NCBI GenBank assembly: GCA_051382305.1
Contig: JBBCAV010000307.1
Coordinates: 1 to 20,510, forward strand
Direction of reading: 5' to 3'
Length of the DNA: 20,510 bases
From: Bdellovibrionota bacterium FG-2
GTDB taxonomy: Bacteria; Bdellovibrionota; UBA1018
Shown here: piece after piece, positions 16,811 through 20,510 of the stretch
How the letters are laid out: each line of letters opens with the position of its first letter
Numbering within the stretch: the first letter of the stretch is position 1
The notes under the pieces: model-generated
Told to the model about the DNA's origin: nothing
Database searches by the model: none
The model's input: the letters and a program-made list of their open reading frames with translations, nothing else
Program-made: the position numbers and the translations under genes

Positions 16811-17788
16811 ATGAAGATCAGAAACGTTTTACGTTCGCTTCTTGGCGTGACGAACCGCGATCTCAATGAGGCAATTCAAGCGGAGCAAGCAGAAGGGGCT
16901 GCATTCGAACGTTTGCTTTTCCCCATCGCGTGTCTCAAAGATTTTTACCTGATTCAGTTTTATAAGATGACCGATAGAGGAAGGGCGATTGCTGGTTTGG
17001 GCGCAGATTGGGATGAAAAACACGCTTATCGCAAAGCGGTATTTGAATATTTCGAGCGTAAGGCGGTCATTTCGCTAGGTCCCAGCCTTGGCTTCGATTC
17101 AACTAACGGCGTTGGTGCCCACCGATATCCGGCTTTGGCTTTTCGTGCCGGCATGAATGAACTTTTTGAAAGAGATTCATTTTTGCGACATTGGTATTCT
17201 AAGACCCCTTTTTCTAAGATTGAGGGTTCTCTCACATCCTCAAATCGAGTCTGGGTCGACGACATGGATCAGCGAGGATACAGGACCCTGTTCTGCAAGA
17301 CTCATCTTGGTTTTCTCGCCACTACCCTCGTTTTCTTGATCGACCGCAAAACCGGCGGTTTTGCGCTCGGGCTCTCTAGTGGACGGGGAGGGGAGGAAGA
17401 TGCTCAAAAGGCTTTCATGGAGGCTGCGACCAATTTGTTTTTTGGAAATGAGGGGAAGCAAAATGAGGAATTGATCTCTCGGGTTAAGGTCCATGGGATC
17501 ACGTCACTCATTGATCATCGGACCAATTGGCTCTTAATTAATCCGGTTCCCAGCTGGGTACTTTCTCTTGTCGAATCTACCGATCAGCAAATCAGAGTTG
17601 GCAAATTGAGGGACCCGAAAGTGGAGCGCGTAACCCTCGCGATGGCGCCAGTGCCGGTTGTGGGCGCTCGATGCGAAGATTCTTTGAATTTGGTGCTTGG
17701 ACTACCCAACGAACGTGACCTCGCTATACTTCGGCGATCCCAACTTCATCCTATCGACGACGATTTTGTTCCGCATCCAATCCCATAA
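16811..17788 (+). CDS. ycaO: Stand-alone YcaO-family protein (azoline-forming type C-terminus)
   Basis: KAVFEYFER, STNGVGAH...NELFERDS (ATP-binding motifs), KAFMEA, and the Pro-rich C-terminus VPHPIP. Alternative TTG start at 16763. Confidence 0.9.
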   Translation: MKIRNVLRSLLGVTNRDLNEAIQAEQAEGAAFERLLFPIACLKDFYLIQFYKMTDRGRAIAGLGADWDEKHAYRKAVFEYFERKAVISLGPSLGFDSTNGVGAHRYPALAFRAGMNELFERDSFLRHWYSKTPFSKIEGSLTSSNRVWVDDMDQRGYRTLFCKTHLGFLATTLVFLIDRKTGGFALGLSSGRGGEEDAQKAFMEAATNLFFGNEGKQNEELISRVKVHGITSLIDHRTNWLLINPVPSWVLSLVESTDQQIRVGKLRDPKVERVTLAMAPVPVVGARCEDSLNLVLGLPNERDLAILRRSQLHPIDDDFVPHPIP

Positions 17789-17911
17789 TGCATAGTGACA
17801 AGTTGGCGCTTTTTTGTAAAATATACATACTGCCAATGTCCGGATTTTTGGATCAAAAATGTAACCAGCTATTATTACAAATGAACAAATGTTTTTTTAT
17901 CGTGCCGAGGT

Positions 17912-17928
17912 TTGGCCCATACCTTGCG
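17912..17928 (+). promoter_or_regulatory. Sigma54 (-24/-12) promoter of cassette 2
   Basis: TTGGCCCATACCTTGCG has GG-N10-GC spacing with TGGC and TTGC, about 115 nt upstream of the precursor ATG. Confidence 0.68.
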
Positions 17929-18044
17929 TCAATGCGACGACGCAATCGCATATAAATGTTTTGAGCATTTTAGTGTGGTATTGACAAAACTGATAAAACT
18001 ATGGACGCTCGGTATGTCGGCGTTCGAAAAATGAGGGATTGTAT

Positions 18045-18203
18045 ATGAAGAAGATGCTTTTCGTTGCTTTGGCAGTATTGGCTACACTGACTGAGTTCCT
18101 ATTGGCCCGGGGATTCAAAGTCGAGGAATACAAAAGTTCTACAAAAGAGAGCCACATAGCCCGGGATGGGACTTCTACTTGTCGAAGCGTACGTGGTGGG
18201 TGA
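18045..18203 (+). CDS. Unannotated 52-aa signal-peptide-bearing putative RiPP precursor
   Basis: Hand translation: MKKMLFVALAVLATLTEFLLARGFKVEEYKSSTKESHIARDGTSTCRSVRGG*. GAGGG RBS. The stop overlaps an in-frame GTG of the SBP gene (GTGA 18200-18203). Confidence 0.8.
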   Translation: MKKMLFVALAVLATLTEFLLARGFKVEEYKSSTKESHIARDGTSTCRSVRGG

Positions 18204-19714
18204 TCGTTCCTAAGCATAAGTCTAGAATTGCTGTCTTAGGGGTATTTCTCATGGCTTTGAATCAAAGCACACCAATAGAAGCAAGCGTCTCTCTTGCCAA
18301 TCGTGAACCTGAGATTCGGGTGGACCAAAAGCCAACCTTGCCGATGGATCCTATCAGGATTCAGTCTATGGCGGATTACGATCTGCAGTTGTGCCTTTAC
18401 CGCACTTGGTTTGAGTACGATTCGTCTCGAAAGGCAAAGTCGGGAATTGTCTCAGAGTGGTCTTTTGATTCCAAAAGGGGGGTATATCGCTTTACGATAG
18501 CTCAAGATTCCAAGTGGTCAGACGGGAGTCCTGTTCTATCCGGGCAGTTATTGAAAAACCTTAAACGGGCGGTTGCACTTAAGACCACCTTTGGCGAAGC
18601 AGTCCAAGGATTGATCAAGCTTGAAAATGCAAAAGCACTTGATGATCGTAATTTTGAGTTAGAAACTCGAGATCATCAACCTTCTGAGAAATTTTTTCAA
18701 CGAATGGGCTCGAGCTTTCTTGCCCCGGTAAATCCTGACGATTGGGACAAAGACTTTCTTCTTAAAAGTAATCGTCTGACCAGCGGTCCTTATAGAATTG
18801 TTGCAAGTGATGCTCAAGAGCTCAAATTGGAGGCGAATCCAAATGACAAGACTTCGCCGAAAACTCGTCCACTGACTGTTGCCATTCGGTTTCAGCCTGT
18901 CACGGATTTAGCCGCCTTTGTCGAAGGAAAGTCCTGGGCAAATGTGTTGCAGACAGCAACTTTGATGCCCAGCCAACTTGCGGAAAAAGTGAAGAACCGA
19001 AACCTCCCGTATTGGACACGTGGTTTTGATCGTGTATCAAGACTAATGCCCGTAGGGGCGGGAAAAGTACTCGAGGGCCGGAGGAAGTTAGCTTTAGCAT
19101 TTGGCGCTGTGTGGGCCGATTTCAAGGTTTCCTCTTTGCCTTTCAATTCGAGGAAAGCCAATAGCCTCCAGCCCCCGGGCTATCCACTTTTGACTGAGTT
19201 GGATTTTCGCTCTTTTCTAAAAAATGGAGCGGAAAAACTGAAACGATCTGTAAAAATTGTCGCTTTAACTTCTCCTCAGAATGATTTTCAATCGCCGCTT
19301 ATCTTAGCGGCTTTTCAAACCCTTGGGATTCAAGTTACGTGGGTATGGGCAAAATCTTTTGCCGAGTTAGACAATTTAGTTTTACAGGATCTGACTATTG
19401 ATTTTCAATTAGGAAGCTTTGGTGTCGCCGATCCTGAACCAACGACTTGGATGGGCCTAATTCTGACGGAAAACTCCCCATTTGTAGAAGTAACTGCTTC
19501 AGATCTCTCCACATTCAAGAGAATTGCCGCGATCCCCTCGAAAGAGGAGGAAGTTAAGAAATTTCAATTGCTCTTAAGGGAAATGGGGTTGCGCGGGAGC
19601 TATGTTCCCTTATTTCATTTTTCCACTCTGTCATTGGGACAACCGGGTATCAGTTTTGAAAATGTTCAGGAACTTGATGAAACTGTCGACTATTCGAAAC
19701 TCATTGTTAAGTAA
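18200..19714 (+). CDS. Family 5 solute-binding protein, orphan
   Basis: MDP, SGIVSEW, YRFTI...KWSDGSPV, TSGPYRI, YVPLFH. GTG 18200 preferred over TTG 18179. No permease or ATPase adjacent. Confidence 0.88.
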   Translation: MIVPKHKSRIAVLGVFLMALNQSTPIEASVSLANREPEIRVDQKPTLPMDPIRIQSMADYDLQLCLYRTWFEYDSSRKAKSGIVSEWSFDSKRGVYRFTIAQDSKWSDGSPVLSGQLLKNLKRAVALKTTFGEAVQGLIKLENAKALDDRNFELETRDHQPSEKFFQRMGSSFLAPVNPDDWDKDFLLKSNRLTSGPYRIVASDAQELKLEANPNDKTSPKTRPLTVAIRFQPVTDLAAFVEGKSWANVLQTATLMPSQLAEKVKNRNLPYWTRGFDRVSRLMPVGAGKVLEGRRKLALAFGAVWADFKVSSLPFNSRKANSLQPPGYPLLTELDFRSFLKNGAEKLKRSVKIVALTSPQNDFQSPLILAAFQTLGIQVTWVWAKSFAELDNLVLQDLTIDFQLGSFGVADPEPTTWMGLILTENSPFVEVTASDLSTFKRIAAIPSKEEEVKKFQLLLREMGLRGSYVPLFHFSTLSLGQPGISFENVQELDETVDYSKLIVK

Positions 19715-20510
19715 GAACCTTTTTCGCCACGGGCTTTTGCTTGGGTTGCTTTTTTGGTTGGGGGCTCAAATCCCTTTCACGCTTGTTGTGAGTCAGTATT
19801 TTTTCCATCAGGAAATCGCAGCGGACCTTTCGCAACAGGCCTCACTTCAAAAATTACTGACTGAACTTTATGAACAAGGTGCTCGATTTGGAGATATCGT
19901 AAATGCCAGAGGCGCAGTTCTCAAGTTTGGTGCACCCTTTGGCCTCAAAGACTTAGGCGTTTGCCGGAACGGCCGGGAAATCTTGCCTCGACCCTTGGAA
20001 TCTCGTTGTAAGAGTGAGCCTAGACAATGGGTTCCTGTTCAGACTTCTGCGGGAAGGATTGATCTTGAGTTTCAATGGACCCCTCCGTCGATTTCTGACC
20101 ACAGTATTCCCCTTCGTGCAATCGGTGGCAGCGCGATGCTCAGTCTATTTCTGGTTCTTGGGGTGGTCATTCTGCTTAGCAGGAAGCTTTCCACTTTAGT
20201 CTCTAAGCTTGCTGGTCAAATTGCTTCATCCCGATCCTTAGATACCTTGACGCAATTATCCTCAGAGCTCGAAGAACTTACACCTATCAGCTCCGCCCTA
20301 CATATTGCCAAGACTCAGTTAAATGAGTCTTTAAATGAAAATCTGAAACTGAAAACAGAAGTCGCGGTCGGTAATCTCGCCACCCAAGTCTCCCACGACA
20401 TTCCGATCCCCCCTTGCTGCATTGATCTCCGTCGCCCACAACAGCCCTGGTCTCCCGGAGGATTCACGCGTGCAGCTCAGAGAGGCCGCGAATCGGATAC
20501 GCGATATTGC
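19704..20510 (+). CDS. Second membrane sensor histidine kinase (partial, runs off the window; +1 frameshift near 20402)
   Basis: Hand translation from TTG 19704: MLSKNLFRHGLLLGLLFWLGAQIPFTLVV (TM1)...AMLSLFLVLGVVILL (TM2)...LATQVSHDI, then RSPLAALISVAHNSPGLPEDSRVQLREAANRIRDI after removing one base. Confidence 0.88.
   Translation, partial: MLSKNLFRHGLLLGLLFWLGAQIPFTLVVSQYFFHQEIAADLSQQASLQKLLTELYEQGARFGDIVNARGAVLKFGAPFGLKDLGVCRNGREILPRPLESRCKSEPRQWVPVQTSAGRIDLEFQWTPPSISDHSIPLRAIGGSAMLSLFLVLGVVILLSRKLSTLVSKLAGQIASSRSLDTLTQLSSELEELTPISSALHIAKTQLNESLNENLKLKTEVAVGNLATQVSHDIPIPPCCIDLRRPQQPWSPGGFTRAAQRGRESDTRYC
20377..20510 (+). repeat. Near-identical copy of 10352-10484 (HisKA coding region)
   Basis: Manual alignment gives about 7 substitutions, all synonymous, plus 1 inserted base in about 133 bp. 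No similarity is visible upstream of tcgccacccaagtc. Confidence 0.92.

Noticed and set aside
17999-18217. 72-aa minus-strand ORF and the other antisense or alternate-frame ORFs inside long genes (e.g. 358-933, 8271-8654, 10840-11274, 20014-20199)
   Set aside because: These are shadows of better-supported genes, with no motifs of their own. 17999-18217 is antisense to the 52-aa precursor, and 20014-20199 is out of frame within kinase 2.

Overview
A 20.5 kb bacterial accessory region. It may come from a Bdellovibrionota/Oligoflexia-like organism, but that is inferred only from the SBP + hybrid-kinase style. It starts at the edge of a surface-glycan locus (GT2, GT-C membrane protein). The main finding is two paralogous cassettes that look like RiPP-based peptide signalling systems. 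Each has a small precursor with an N-terminal signal peptide and a Ser/Thr(/Cys)-rich C-terminal tail, a sigma54-type promoter upstream of that precursor, a stand-alone RiPP maturase, an orphan family-5 solute-binding protein, and a translationally coupled membrane histidine kinase. Cassette 1 (6630-11523) uses a cyclase-less LanM dehydratase (DUF4135). Cassette 2 (16811->20510) uses a YcaO, and its 52-aa precursor and its kinase are missing from the ORF track. The two kinases have unrelated sensor halves but become nearly identical at DNA level just before the H-box. Between and around the cassettes lie TA/defence-like cargo genes: an NYN nuclease behind a structured RNA leader, an XRE + ImmA/IrrE pair, a decayed MNT-HEPN pair, a truncated RecG-C/HTH gene and several hypothetical operons. 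Four decayed copies of a GDP-mannose 3,5-epimerase-like fragment punctuate this cargo. A few single-base frameshifts could be sequencing errors.
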